From Enoplolaimus lenunculus (lineage: Eukaryota), in contig JASANG010003130.1 in the NCBI GenBank assembly GCA_030248215.1, forward strand, positions 434,001-498,000: a stretch of 64,000 nucleotides of DNA. Direction: 5' to 3'. Positions within the stretch are counted from its first letter, which is position 1. Each line of letters opens with the position of its first letter. Under the pieces are notes generated by a model. It did not search any database. It was given only the letters and a program-made list of their open reading frames with translations, and had not been told where the DNA came from. This document shows, one piece after another, positions 13,417 through 27,680 of this stretch. A program made the translations under genes and the position numbers.

Positions 13417-14316
13417 CATTGAACCTGAAACCGATTTCGCAAATACTTTGTCGATTTTGAATTATAGAAGGCTTGGCTAAAAACAAATCACTGCACATAG
13501 ACGCGATCAACTGGAGCCGAAAGGTAAATGAGACCCTATCAACGCTGACCTTTTGCTTAATATTTCATTCCCACAAGACTTTCGGAAACTTTGTAATTTG
13601 TCAACAAAGTAACAAACCTTTTTATACGGGACAGAAGGGGGTATCCATGATTTCGTTTCGGAAGGGAGCCAGAGAATCGAGCGACGAAACGTTTTTGAAC
13701 ACGAGGAACTAGCAAGTTTGTATTTTTAAGTCTGTTCAGAAACTTCGACGTCGGATATATCCCCGCATTGTCCGTTTCAGCGTGGCCCTGATTGATTTTA
13801 AGAATATCGAAGTGGAAGCAAACTAAAATTGAAGAAATGCAAAGTGTTCTTTATTCGAAAAAATCTTAACGTCGCAGGACATATTCAGGTACTGTTTTAT
13901 AATTTAGGTTTTCTGGTTGTAGTCGGACCTGGGATTGCTTTTGGGTTAATGGTTTGGTCAAATTTTGGCGTTCGGTACCAGTGGTAAATGGGGTCATAGA
14001 TACAGGGGGTCAGGGGCTAGAAAAATTTCGGTCCCCCTATAATAGTTTTAGCCCCGGTTATAAGTTCGTTCTTTCTACCGTTTGATGGTCTTCCTAAAAT
14101 TGTTTAAGCCTCTTCTAGCAGGCTGACCTGACTACGAGCTTGATGGCATAAAGGACCAGGAAAAACGAGGTCATCAACGCACCAAACCAAACACACTATA
14201 TCGGCCAATCCAGAAGAGTATGTTGTTGGCTAGCGGCCGCTTTGTTTTTTCAGTAACGAATGTCTTGGACGCCAGCAGGTAAAGCTTTTTAATGTTTGTA
14301 GCTCTATAGAAGAAAC

Positions 14317-15102
14317 CGCCAATGTATAGAACAGGCCCGGAATAGTAGTATAAGCATAATCCTAAACCTAAACCTAAGCCTAAACAGTGGCGTACCGAGA
14401 AATTTGGATTGGGGGGCCCCGCATCCTCCCATGTTCGTGCCTTAGGTTTCCACCAAATGTGAAATTAGAACCCTTTAACAGTGCCCATCTGAATTTTTGG
14501 CGTGATATATGAGATTGGTCACGCTTTCCTAGTCGGCGCCCAGACCAATTTCAGTTTTCTTTTAGGTACCCTAAATTGTTAGCTGGCTGGGTAGCTGGGT
14601 CAAACAAAATTGTTCGTTCTCAAAATGTTTCTGTATTCATCAACTGCTTGGTGTAAATAACCAAACCGGAACCCCATGTCAACCAATTGTGTAACTGTGA
14701 AACTTTTGCACAATTTTATTATCTTTAGCTTTGAGCCGATTCGGTTACGAAATTAGACGGTGAAGTTTTCCTTTGAACAGCGCCAAAGGCAAAATTTTTT
14801 CAAAATTGAATAATATAACAACCTCGCGAGCGAAGCGAGCTAGAAGCTAGGCGGAATTTTTGTATCTAATGTAAGTTTTGACACAACGAACTCATTCCGA
14901 TTGGTTGGGTCCGCGGCCCCCCCCTGCCCCCCTCTCGGTACGCCCCTGAACCTAAGCCTAAGCCTAAGCCTAAGCGTAAGAATACGCCTATACATAAGCC
15001 TAAGCCTAAACCTAAGCCTAAGCAAAAAATTAATGTAAAGCTCAAGCTTACTCTATTACAGTCCCACCGGAAAACGTTTCGGCCCTATACTATACATGGG
15101 CC
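14317..15102 (-). mobile_element. TTAGGC-carrying MITE (family A) interrupted by a nested element
   Basis: TIRs at both ends; TSD GAAGAAAC/AAAGAAAC; the GCCTAA tract is split at 14385-14948. Confidence 0.8.
14385..14948. mobile_element. Nested non-autonomous DNA transposon with a 2-bp TSD (CMC/EnSpm-like)
   Basis: TIRs CAGTGGCGTACCGAGA ... TCTCGGTACGCCCCTG. Removing the element and one AA restores the CCTAAACCTAAG tract. Confidence 0.75.
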
Positions 15103-15471
15103 AAAGAAACATTTACGATATTTACAGTAATACACCAGCTTATTTAAAATTTTCTCCACTGGATCCACCTACTTGCCCTCAATTTTTCACGATACTCCTG
15201 CGACAACCGTAACGAGTGGTGATATTTTTTGGTACAGCAAAGCAGTTAATACTGTAATTTTCTGATTTTTATGTATCGACTTCCTGAGTATTTCTTACCT
15301 TTTACAATAAACAGGAGCACTCGGATGCTAAAAAACGTTCAAATTTTCAACCTATAAGGCTTCAATACTCAACTATATGTGACATTACTAACCTGTCGTC
15401 ACAATCTAGTCTTAACAGCATTCCCATGTCAACAATAGCAAAATTTATTTATATTTAGATATATTAAACTA

Positions 15472-15682
15472 TATTGCAAAAAATGGTGACTCGAATTGAC
15501 TCTTTCCGAAATAGGCTTTGCGGGATTGCACAATCTGAGTTAAATTCGACTCCGCCAGAGTGAAACGTGCGACTCAGTGAGTCGAATATGACTCTGGTGG
15601 AGTCGAATTTTGACTAAATTTGTGTAGTCCCGAAAAGCCTATTTCGGACAGTCAATAATTTGACTCACCATTTTTTACAGTG
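15472..15682. mobile_element. Foldback (palindromic) MITE with CACTG termini; half copies at ~9030-9073, ~21566-21650 and ~48553-48653
   Basis: Left arm ..TGCAAAAAATGGTGACTCGAATTGACTC..CCGAAATAGGCT mirrors right arm AGCCTATTTCGG..TTTGACTCACCATTTTTTACAGTG. Confidence 0.75.
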
Positions 15683-15970
15683 TAGAGACAACCTCTTAAT
15701 AGCTGGTTTGTCCAATATTTTTTGAGAGGGGTAATAGCATAATTAAGTTCTAAGCCTAAATATAAGCCTAAGCCTCAGCGTCAACTAATTCTAAGCCTGA
15801 ACAAAAAATCTATTAAAGCTTAAGCCTACTCTACTGCATTTTCGCGAAAAATGGCTCGCCTGTCCAAGTAACTTGGGCCAATTATGATATGGTATACAGT
15901 TCGAAACCTAGAGTTATGGGTTCAGATCCAAGTAAATCTCAGACGAATTCGAAAATATTCTGGTGAGTAA

Positions 15971-16654
15971 TGCGGGGTTCGCGTTATAACCGGGGCAGGC
16001 GGGACATGGTTTGCCCCATGTTGATTCGACGTAAACGTTAAAATACGAGCTCTTATATCAGGTCAACAGACAGAAGTCGAATGACATATGACGTTAGCTT
16101 ACAAACCACCGCTGTGAAATCATCAATGTACACAAGGGACGGTATGTCACGTGATACTGTGGGACATTTATGCGAATATCATATGATATTCCAAAATTTC
16201 AACTAATATCTTATGATATTCAGCGGAACGATGTAACCTTTGGGAACTAATAAATGAATGAATAGTTGGACGGTAGCGGCACAAATATACTTTAAATATA
16301 CCAAATACACGCCACGCCTGCAAACAAATCTTTTACCGACACAAAATGGCTTAAAACCACAGCTTCATAATGGAAAATTTAAATTTCAAATTCTAGTATC
16401 ATATGATATTTAACAGGACAATTTGGGCATGTTACCTCAAGTATGCAGACATTTGAAAATATATCATATGATATTCGCAGACAATACCTCGAATATCATA
16501 TGATATTGAAGAACAAATGGTGACGTGTTAAACAGCAGATAAATACGAATTTTTAAATGCGATATAGGATCTATATGCAGACAAAATGTTACCCAGTAGT
16601 CAAATAGGGACAAAACGTGTCCCAAGCTGCCCCGGTTATAACGTGAACCCCGCA
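15971..16654. mobile_element. PIF/Harbinger-like MITE with internal ATATCATATGATAT palindromes
   Basis: TAA|TGCGGGGTTCGCGTTATAACCGGGGCAG ... CTGCCCCGGTTATAACGTGAACCCCGCA|TAA (3-bp TAA TSD). Confidence 0.85.
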
Positions 16655-17210
16655 TAAGGATCACATATGTACTAATTGGCGCTAGCAAACTTTGTGTAAC
16701 GTTTGGTTGCGCTTTCCTCCGTTTCGGTGGAATTGGTCCTTTACATATCTCAATGGCTCCAGGGTATTTTAGGGTTGCGCTATACTTTACTGAGCCGGAT
16801 GCCTGCGCGTACCGCCGCACGCCGCCGTGCGCCGATTTTCATCAGGACTCGGGCTCGCGTAATTTTTAACCCAAGAGCCTACAGCCTGTGTCTTAATGAA
16901 CAAACATATGCATTACTTCACTCTTGGGGAACGTTAAAAAAGTAAGTAGCGACACAATCTAGTAAAGTGTAACTGGCTAATCGTAAGCCTTTGCTAAGAT
17001 GACAGACACAGATTCAATTATGACTTAAAATTCAAACTTGATAAACCCGTGTCAAAGCAAACAGCAAAGCTGTCAAAGTCAACTGAGCAGTTAGTAAAAC
17101 CTAAACCCGTCTAAAGGCAATGGCCAATCCAGACTAAAGGATCGCCTGACTCAAACCCCGACTTTCTGTGTGCATTCAAGTCTTTTCATAAGTTATCGTC
17201 TTAATCACTA

Positions 17211-17600
17211 CTGTAGTGATCCGAATACGAGAGGGGAGTGATATTACCTTCTGTTATTCGGTTAGGGACTGTTATTTATTTTTATCCTGCCCTTTGTTGC
17301 TGACATATATATGGTGTTGCAATTATCTGTTGAATTAAATGTTTATTTGTCTTGTATCAAAAGCTTGAGCGAATGCAAGGTTATATAACTTACTAAATAT
17401 ATTCTTTAAAAACTATGCCTTAAAGTTTCAAACTCAACTTCATTTGGTCTCGAAGTCATTTTTGCGGTACAATTAGGGAAAATTGACATTTATGGACTCT
17501 GATAACGGTTTAGGAATTCTATCCGCTTACGGACTCCTATTAGGAATACGGATTCGTATTGATTAGGACTCAAAAGGGGGACCCCCTCTTATTACCCACT
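17211..17600 (+). mobile_element. MITE family B, right end truncated
   Basis: TA|CTGTAGTGATCCGAATA start; internal sequence collinear with 1931-2370. Confidence 0.75.
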
Positions 17601-20162
17601 GTATCAAAAATGAACGTAAACTATCCGAAAAAACAACATGAAGCCATTCTCTGCTTAAAATTATTATATCCACACCTCAAAAATATCGAAGCGTTCTCTC
17701 ACAAAGCGAGTTCGGACCATACCAGAACACGAATGAAACATAACTATGGGGTGCTGTCAGATACGTACAAGGGGGTCTCCCTTCACCCCCAGGGTTTCCT
17801 ACGCAAATATTTATGTACGAAAATATATATAGAGCAAAAAATGAAAAATTTGTAGGTACACCGAAGTTTATTTAAAATTTTCTTCAGCGGACTCCAGCGG
17901 CTCACAGTGCAGCGTTAATATTCCTACAGCGCCTGCGACTAGAACTTGCTATATATTTAAAACAACGATACAAACACAAAACAGAAAGCCTGGGTTCTAG
18001 TACCCGACATTTCTACATAGATCTCTATGCCGGCTTCACCAGGCAAAGCTAAACACTAGTGTCACGCTTATATGAGTTCGTGGCATGCATGTCTATATTA
18101 TACTCATACACTGATATATGCTGTATATTCTGATGCTAGAATAGGTTCCCATAGCTTCAGTGTATGGTACAAGTACTTTAAGATTAATTTTAAGGCACAC
18201 TATTGGCTACTCCTGAGGGGTACCTGGGGCCATGGGACGAACTTTGAGCATTCCGAGATCGATCCCCCAAAGACCCAAAGAAAATGGGAAATATTGTCTA
18301 AAATTGAACACTATAAATTGCGTCCGGCCCTTTATTCGCTTACCTTACCAGGATTTTGTCCACAGTTCTAAATATTTGGACTGCTAATTGCGTAATAATA
18401 TGTGAACATAGGGGTACCACAGACTATTTGCGTATAACGCACGCTTATCAAGCTTCTCGTACCCTAGGCCTAACACATGCATATCCAAAAATATCCATCC
18501 TCGTATCCTTCTCCAGACAATCCTACATCGACACTCCATGCGGTGACGATTGCAAATGACACTCATCCTCTCATTTCAGAAAAAATATTTATCGTTTAGT
18601 AAAGTAGCAGTTTATTACAGAAACATCAAGACAAACAAAATTTCAATTTTTTTTGTCCCTTGTTTTATGGAGAATTACTATTTTCGGCTGACGATAAACT
18701 GTCACTCATTGTATTATACTTCACTTGGTATATGACGTCAAAGCCACCTCGAATGCTGATGCTTTCTTGTTTACGACTGTACTTAATAAAGCCAAAAGCA
18801 TGGAGTAGAGAGGAGTTGATATTGGAAGAATATGAAACATGACTTTTGCGGGCATAAACGAACCAAAAAATTTTTAACTCTGTCGTCCAACAAAATTTCT
18901 AACCGACGTCAAAGTGCGTTTTTATTGTTTATTACGCTATTAATCAATTGTGTACGCTTGTGAACCCTATCGTTAATAATAAGGAGACCATATAAAAAAT
19001 AGGACCGTACTTGTAGTATAAGCATATTGCTAATCTTTAGCCGAAAACTATCAGCGTAAAGTTAAGCATATAAATAAGCATAGGCCTTAGCCTAAAGTAA
19101 TATAAAATAGTGCTAAAGTTACGCTATTGCAGTTGCGTGTAAAAACGGTCGGTCCCTGATCTATACACAAACCCTTGCCACAGCCCACGCCCAGAGCGGG
19201 AAAGTAAATTCAACTTTAAAAACTCCGTTGGAACCAAAAGTTAGGCGTTTTGACAAGGTTGAGTTCAAAAATATGCGTCTCGAGTCATAGCGTATGCTCA
19301 TTGCTCGAACCAGTACTTGTCTAGTCCCCTCCACCAGTTATAAGTTAATAAACGGAACCAATCCATGCATTTAGTATAGAGTACTGTACAATGGGCACTT
19401 TTACTTTCCGATCAAAGGGATGCAGCAGCCCCCCCCTGCCTCCTTCGCAATTTAAAGACGCCCTGAACAGAATAGGACTGTTCCCCCAAGGCCCATCCCT
19501 CGCTAACCGGGTTCCATACTTGACCGCTAAAAACACAATAGTATAAATTTCATTAGATGTTTTAATTAGTCTAATAAAATGAATTGCTTAGTGTGGGGGT
19601 TTGGCGGCCACAGACACCCGTCTTACTTTGGGTCCCGTGAAATTGTGGTGATCAGGGCAAGCGCCCTGATTAGGAAAAAGTGTCCATAACACATATTCTA
19701 TAAATGTAGGGTAAACGTGTTTTGGACTGAAACTTATTAAGCAAGAGACAGGTCTACATCGTTTAATACGGTGCTAACGCACGGTTTTGCCGGATTTAAC
19801 CCTGCCATGGTCACAAAATCTTTCAAAAGCAACCGCCACAACCCGTGCATACTTTACTGTCACTGCTACATTCCCATGACTAACTAAAACCTGAAAACCT
19901 AAACCAAGCCCGAAAAGCTGTGAAAAATATTCTATCCAATTAGTAAATGCCTAGATTTTGCCTTGTTCGTGTCTGCAGAAAAATGCTAAATTTAGACTGT
20001 AGGCATTAATATACAGAATGCCTACTGTTAGATACAAGATAAACTAAAGACGTCATAAAGGCTTTGACCAAAATATGGAAAATAAAATGGTGAAGAATGC
20101 GCGAATGTGCACAAGAATTATTTTAATTGTACCAAAACACAAGGTTTTTGCTTTGTTGACTT

Positions 20163-20320
20163 GGCCCACGAACAGATCAGGACGAAACGTTTTTCCGCGG
20201 GAGAGCAGTGGAGTAAGCGTAAACTGTAGACTATTGTTTTGCTCAGGCTTAGGCTTAGTGGTACGATTAGGCTTAAGAGTACGATCATACTACTTTTACG
20301 GGTAATTTTATACATTGGCC
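20163..20320 (+). mobile_element. TTAGGC-carrying MITE (family A), diverged
   Basis: GGCC termini, TTAGGC core, TSD GTTGACTT/GTTGGCTT. Confidence 0.7.
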
Positions 20321-23300
20321 GTTGGCTTGCAAGTGCAAAATGTATCTGGTTCAAATTAAACCACAGCGTATAAGTGAGTAGCAATGCCGCGTATATAATT
20401 CTCAACTCCCAAGTGGTACCCCAGTTAATAAGGGGGGTTGGACAATAGAGTTGAAAAGTTAGTTTGGATACTGCATTCGAAAAATAGATACATTGAACAT
20501 GAAACCAGCGCCCGACACAGGTAAGAATCAACACCTCGAAAATAGCGCAAACAAACCAGAACAAATATAAAATTGAAACACTTTGATTTTTATGTCAATA
20601 TGATTGAAACATTCAAAGTTTCATTTGGGTTATCTCGTCATTTTAGCCTAGTAAAACAAAGGATCCATCTTCATTTTAGATCAAGAATAAAATTTGATAA
20701 TTTTTTTGCTAAAACGCAAACGGATATTTGAGTTCCGCGCTGTCTATTGAGGTGAAGAAACTGCGATAACACGTGCAGACGTCTAACGAAACAACCTGCC
20801 AGCCTAGGGCAGACACTATGTCTCATTGTTCTTGACTGCTTAGCAACAAACAAGCCAGTCTTGTACATTAAGGAAAGTTCAATTTAACTTTTTTAAACGA
20901 AGTAAAAACAAAAATAAATCAATTTTAGGTATAGTTGAAAAAAGGGTTGAACGTTTTTGAAACAAACCCTCATGCTGGTTGGATTAAAACTGATGTAGAA
21001 CAAGTGTTGCCTTCAAACATGACCTACTCGGAAATGAATTATGTGTTCTGGTGATTTCAAAACGGGTTGTGCAATCATCAATTGAAAGCATCATCAAAGA
21101 TTTAGTGTAGACCATTGGACAAAGATGGGGTGAAACGTGAGCAGAGATTTACAATTCATTTGAGTTTTCGTACACTAAAGCACAACCTCAAATGTGAGTC
21201 AGAAAGTGACAATCAAATTTGGTTGATATATACTCAAATGCGCCGAACTCTTATCATCAGTTAGCGATATTGTTTCAAACCGTCGAACTCTTGCCATTGC
21301 GGGTTTCAAGGCACGTGCAGAATTTTGGCAACATCATACACTGTTTCCAAAATCATAAGACCAATTTATAATCAACTGGTGATACGGGTTACACAAACTT
21401 AACAATATCGGCTTTGGATCAACATTTTGAGATTAACATCTGCTCATGGTTGCATTTGCGCCCATTTCCTAACGGTAACTGGGATCGTTTGCAAAGATCG
21501 CTTGGGGTATTTCGAATTAAAGTTACATTCAGACGAGAAAAAGACAGTATATATTCAGGATAATAGGCGGAGTCGAATTTGACTAAGTTTGTGTAGTCCG
21601 GTAGAGCCTATTTCCGAGAGAATCAATTTGACTCGTCATTTTTTGCAGTGTTGGATTGGACGAAAAAGTTGTAAGTAAAATATACACACTCTCGCAATAA
21701 AATCCTGGCTACGCATCTCATGCAAACGCTTAGAATTTTAACAACCGTTGAATCTGGCGAAAAACTCGTATTAAACCAGTCAAATCAGGGTCATATATTT
21801 TACCAAAAAACCTTTGATGCAAAAATAGTTCTGTTGTATCTATGGTAACCAGCGCTTTAACCCTGCAAAATGTAGAGAAACAAAAAAATTACGATAATTC
21901 AAGGTCAATACTGGCAGAAATCGTTGCTAGGGTTACAATTGAGTATATATATGATATATGACACAGTATTGTCACAAAGATAAATTTTAATTTCGTGGCA
22001 GAAAACGTGGAATTTAGTTGGTGTTTGAAAGGTGTACTGTTCACAGCTACAGTTTTCTAAGTATATATATTAATCTCGTAATAATTTAACTGAAAACTTT
22101 ATTTGAACCGCTAGAACTTGATATATATTGAGCAGAACTGTTAATATTTTGGTTACAATCTAATTTTTCATAAAAGTAAAATTGAAAGCCCTTTGAAAAT
22201 CATCAATGTACCCAAATTAATTTATTCTTTAAGTTTCAGTAGCTTGCAAGTCAGCAGATGCGTAGTAGACAAGTTTTCCTGTGTTATAAATTGCCAGCCA
22301 AGCAGACTTGCTCCTTTTAAATTTTTGAGTATCAATATATTTGGCTCTTATACGCTACACAAGCAGGCTAGGCTTAGGCTGACGCTTAGGTTTTCGAAAG
22401 GGATTACCTTAGCAGTAATCTATTAAGCCATAACCTTTGTCTAAGCTTTACCAATGCCTAAAACTGAACATGAGCCTAAAGGCTTAATCATAAATGTTTG
22501 GGGAAAGCGTACAATAGCCTATTATTTCTCGTGGCTAACTTTGTAGAACCTCTGCAGATCATATTAATGAAAGTTTTTGCAGAACATAATGAGAACTTTT
22601 GCGTGTTGGAGGATATGTCACGAAAATTATCAAAGCACATAGAAAAATAGTTGTACTGAGTTTCAGAGCGAAGCCCTTAGCCAACTGTGAAATTGTGAGA
22701 AATCGGAACAAAAATTTGCATTGTAAGTTTGATTTTAACCCTGAAAAATTTACACTCGGCAGCCGGTGATGGAGATGCATCCCCCATCCCCATCTCCCCC
22801 CTTGGAATCGCCCTTGCATGGTGCTTTGGTCACCCGCAGGGCGGGCGCCTTCACCAGAAGCGCCGTGACCAGTAGTTTCGGCCATGTATAATTCACCAGA
22901 AAATTTACACCATACAGATTACTTCCTTCGAATGACTGCAACAATATAAGTTGGCCATGTTAAATTAGGGCTGAGTAGGAAATGTTTCTAGTTAAAATTT
23001 TGCCAATATACATTTTACTTTAGTATATATACTAACTTATAAACACATTGTTTATGGAACGCAGTGGGTTCGTCTACACTTGCTTGCACAAATGCGCCGG
23101 CACCGCTAGAACCAAATGAAACTGCATGCGGTTCTAAATTTCTTTGTGATGGCACTCGAACGAGTTCAATTTTAGCTGATCTGCCAAAAGGAATTTAAAT
23201 AATGATTGATATTTTGTTTACTTTAAATGTGCAAGCAAAATATGTTTAATAAACTGATTAAATAAAGCGAATTGTACGGGCATTAAAGTTTTAATACCTA

Positions 23301-26300
23301 TCAATTATTAAGGCTTACATCTGAAGCTGCACCATTGAAACCATAGCTTGGACACTACCATCGGATATCCGCGGTACCCGCGCTTACTCGCGGGTAAAGA
23401 CGGGTCGGGTAAAGAATTTCAGGAGCGGGTAAACCCGCGGGCAAAGATTTTTAAACCAGTGTTCAGTAGTACTAAAAGTGAAAAGTTAAAACTAAAAAGC
23501 ATTGCTTGTGTGCACGGAACGATGAGCCCGTATTATTATAAGGGCCTGCGTGTTGGAAGACATAGGGACAGTCCCGTAGCAAGCTCACCTTGCTGTGGGA
23601 AGTCTTAGAATTGTTCAGTAGGGTCATACAAAAGATTAACAAGCAAACTTGAAAATTTTCTAGGTGGTAACAAATTCTCCCAGGGTTGCTGAACCCTCCT
23701 AGTACCTTAGAGGTGGATACTGAGAAGCTTAGGTTTACGCTTAATAGCATTAGTCTTTAGGCGTACCTGTAGTTAGGCTTGCACTTTGGCTTAGATTTAA
23801 AATTCAATTTAAGCTATTAGGCTTAGCAGACATGCCTTAAGTGTCGAAAAATGCAAAACGAAACGAAGTTTAATTTAAATTTTAGTCAAAATCATGTAGA
23901 TTGTGGTACCAATGAATTCTAAGTTTGAAATGGCCATCAACAGTATCGCTTAGACTAAAAGTGTGAAGCAACTCGCATTGATCAAGATTCTGTTCCAACT
24001 GTTTAAGGACACACGGAACGTTTGGACCATATGCTTCCTCTACAAGCTTTCTTGTCCATCTGGGTATTTTTTGTCTAGAGATATACGGAACTAAGAATAC
24101 ATGTATGCGCGAAGCTATTAAATCACGCTTTCTAAATTAGTTAGATTGTTAGCTTTCTTCATTTATAGCATTATTTCGTTTAAAAATTAAATTTAAATGA
24201 TAGATTGTTTTGTTAATCATTTCCTATTGTATTAAATTTCAGTTTCAGACTAGAAATTTGAACAAAGCAGATCAGTTAATATTTGTACTCAAAAAACATA
24301 TTTTTAACTGACTGAAACCGAATATTTATTTTTCATTAGGAGCAGTTTTGTAGCGTATTTAAATATTAAAAGGCAGCAATCGTCAACAATTGGTCCGGCT
24401 AAATTACACGGCGCCGTACTTAATTGTCCGTATTCAATAGATTCATTTAGTAGCAAAGCGAAGTAGATTCCTTAGTTATATTTAATAGTAAGGTAGTTTA
24501 ATGACCGTATTCACTATATATGCGGGTAGCACGTATCAACAGTTGGTTGATAGATAGATCTTGGAACTTTCAAATGACTGAACGCAGAGCTGAAGAATTT
24601 TGGAATCCAGTTCGTCCCAGCGTTTTAATCTTTATTTTGCCACGTGTTTGTTTCATCATTTGTGAACACAGGAATGTCTAGGATATCATTTCGAGAAAAG
24701 TATAACCTAATATTAAACTTTGAATTGAAAAAATAATTCTAAAAGCCTGTATAATTTCTCCCCAAACATTTCGGTGAATATACCTCGGTATCACTCTTAG
24801 AATAAATGCAAATCTTCTAAATTTCGCCTTTCAGAGAGAAAGAATCTGCTGGTATCACAGCTAATTTGACAAAATTTCACTTTTCTCGAACTAAGACCTT
24901 TTATTAGCAAAAATAAATTACTGTAAACGTTTACGAACGTTCTTGTGGTCTTTTCCATGGTGTAACCGGATATCTGTTTCCATTTCCGTTTCCGATAAAA
25001 ATCGGTGTCCGATCCGGTTTCAGTTATAGAAATAACGAAAATTACGATATTTTACGTTCAAATTTACTTAATGAAGTAATCGTGTTCAAGTTTGGAAATT
25101 TAAAATACCAAATCGATAGTGAACATTTTTATCACGACATTTGATTTATTCTGTAATTTTTTATTTTAAGGTATTAACCTGACCGTTTTATAATACTTAA
25201 TGAACATGTGTATCTCCTTCAGATATCACCAACTAGTAGTACAATAGTTCACTTCTATGCTTATTGGAATAGCATAGTTATCGTTTTCACAGCTTAAGGG
25301 TCGCCAAATAAAGTAGAGTGACCCCCTTGAAAAATTTTGGTCATCGAAAAAAAAACTTGCAACTTAACTTTGCTTGGAAGTCATCTAAAATCGTTGTATG
25401 CCACTTAAAAAAAAATCGGAACCACCTAGCGTGTTGAGCCAGCTACAAGCCTGATGCCAAGATCTATTGATAAACTCGTACAGCGCCCGTTGGCATTGCC
25501 TATTACAAGTTAATCTATTGTTATTCATTTTGTTCGTTTTAGTATCGGTTTCAGTGGTTGCATACAAATTTAAATGTGAAGTTGTGCGTTTCCATCCATG
25601 TACAGAGAAACTCAGAAATAACCCCATCAATTAGGTTGGAAAATAATTAGCGATTATTACCCTGCATATTGGCATTTCGGAATTATATTTATCTCAGCAT
25701 CAATACAATTTTATTACATTGGCTGTTCATTCAAGTTTTGGGTCAGCTTACATTTACGAGTGTCTCGTTTTCATGCAGGTCAGTATAATACAGTAAGTTT
25801 AGGATTAAATTCATCATTAGCCGTAGGCTTGGGTTAGACAAGATTTAAGTTAATGTTTTACCCTCAAAACTTTATGACCCTTTGACTACTGGAAATGACC
25901 TGAGCGGTAAAAACACTTTTACACCCATATGGGGAAACTTAGAGGAGGTTCAAAAATTTACACTGGGTGTGGTTAAAACTTTATATGTTTTGGTGTGGGT
26001 TATATTTTAAAGTTATACTAAATATGCTTGTTTATTCGATTCGCACGGAGATTGGATTAACAGTGAATCAAACGAGTAACGCCGAACCGTTATACCAGAA
26101 AGGCGTCGTAGTTGTAGCAGGGCTCTTAAATATATAAGCCGTGGTACAAATATTTTCTGTAGTCTTAAATGTCATGTTTTGAGACAAGCCATATGGCAAC
26201 CGACTACTATTTGTCAAAAGCCAGTGCTTTTGAAACGGTCAGCTTTACATTATGGTTTTTAACAAGATGTAATGATTAGCTTAAGAACCATGTTAAAATG

Positions 26301-26675
26301 ATTGTTACTCAATATACTCCATTATCTGTAGATTAAAATATTTTAACCAATATGGCATGCGCATTGGCGTAACAAACTGATTCATCTTACAATAATTGCC
26401 GTGCTAAGCAAACAGCATTGAGTGCCCGGTTAAAATTCTATCCGAACCAGATATACAAATTTTCCGACAAACCGAACAGGTTCAGCTAAGGTTGGACCTT
26501 GGTTTGCAGTGTTCGTCCAGCTTCTATTTTTTGAAAGTCTATTTTGTCACGCTTAATAATATAATATGGTGAAGTTGCTGTTCCACACTAGTAAAATATT
26601 TTGCAATTGATTGCATGATTGCGCTAACATTTAAAGTACAGATATATTATAGGCTTTTCTTAACGCTAACGTTTA

Positions 26676-27335
26676 GGGTTGCGCTATGGCCCCGTCCGCC
26701 GCCGTCCTCCACCGTTCGCCGCCGTCCTCCACCGTCCGCCGCCGTCCGCCGCCGTCCGCCACCGTCCGCCGCCGTCCGCCGCCGTCCGCCGCCGTCCGCC
26801 GCCGTCCGCCACCGTCCGCCGCCGTCCGCCGCCGTCCGCCCCCGTCCGCCACCGTCCGCCGCCGTCCGCCGCCGTCCGCCACCGTCCGCCGCCGTCCGCC
26901 GCCGTCCGCCACCGTCCGCCACCGTCCGCCGCCGTCCGCCACCGTCCGCCGCCGTCCGCCACCGTCCGCCGCCGTCCGCCACCGTCCGCCGCCGTCCGCC
27001 ACCGTCCGCCGCCGTCCGCCACCGTCCGCCGCCGTCCGCCACCGTCCGCCACCGTCCGCCACCGTCCGCCACCGTCCGCCGCCGTCCGCCACCGTCCGCC
27101 GCCGTCCGCCACCGTCCGCCGCCGTCCGCCACCGTCCGCCGCCGCCGTCCATCGCCGTCCGCGACCGTTCATCGGTGTCCGCGACTGGTCGCCGCAGTCC
27201 GCCACCGTCCGTCGCCGACTGCTACTATTTGTCACTGTCCGTCACCATATAGTATCGTAGGTGAGTCGTTCATGTACGACGCCGCACGATGACGTACGGT
27301 GATGGACGGCGTGATTTAAAAGCATAGCGCCACCC
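26676..27335. mobile_element. TIR element carrying an expanded GC-rich decamer satellite
   Basis: GGGTTGCGCTATG ... CATAGCGCCACCC termini; the 3' internal part matches 42830-43025. Confidence 0.7.
26691..27140 (+). repeat. (RCCGTCCGCC)n decamer minisatellite, ~45 units
   Basis: Interspersed GCCGTCCGCC and ACCGTCCGCC units; accounts for the repetitive ORFs in all six frames. Confidence 0.97.
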
Positions 27336-27680
27336 TAAAGCTTAGGCTTTAGGCTTAGGAATATGCTAATATGCTTCAGTCTAAGCTATACATGTGCCGA
27401 ATTCATTAACACTGCATTTGTTTCAAGACTTTGCCGTCATACCTGTACAGTATGCTTAAAATTTAATGAGCCTTTGCAGCAGATATTACGTAAAAGCTGT
27501 TTTATTTCTATAAAATATTATTTTATGGATTGCATCATTGATTCGATAAACTCATGTTTGTGTTCGATTGTGTAAACGAACAACCATCTATAACTCGCCA
27601 ATCCCAATTTGTACACTTATTCTTGCGGTGAATTCCTTTCTATACAATTCCCTTACCTTAAAATCCATAAACTTATCATC

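Noticed and set aside
20650..21540. Possible decayed coding or transposase region
   Set aside because: Short broken frames with no motif I can recognise.
671..25630. Numerous 60-120-aa ORFs in the first 26 kb
   Set aside because: Most overlap MITEs or use non-ATG starts; none has recognisable domains or consistent exon chains. Small exons of a long-intron gene cannot be excluded.
26615..27292. Six overlapping Pro/Arg-rich or Gly/Arg-rich ORFs of 159-225 aa
   Set aside because: By-product of a stop-free decamer minisatellite that is open in all frames.
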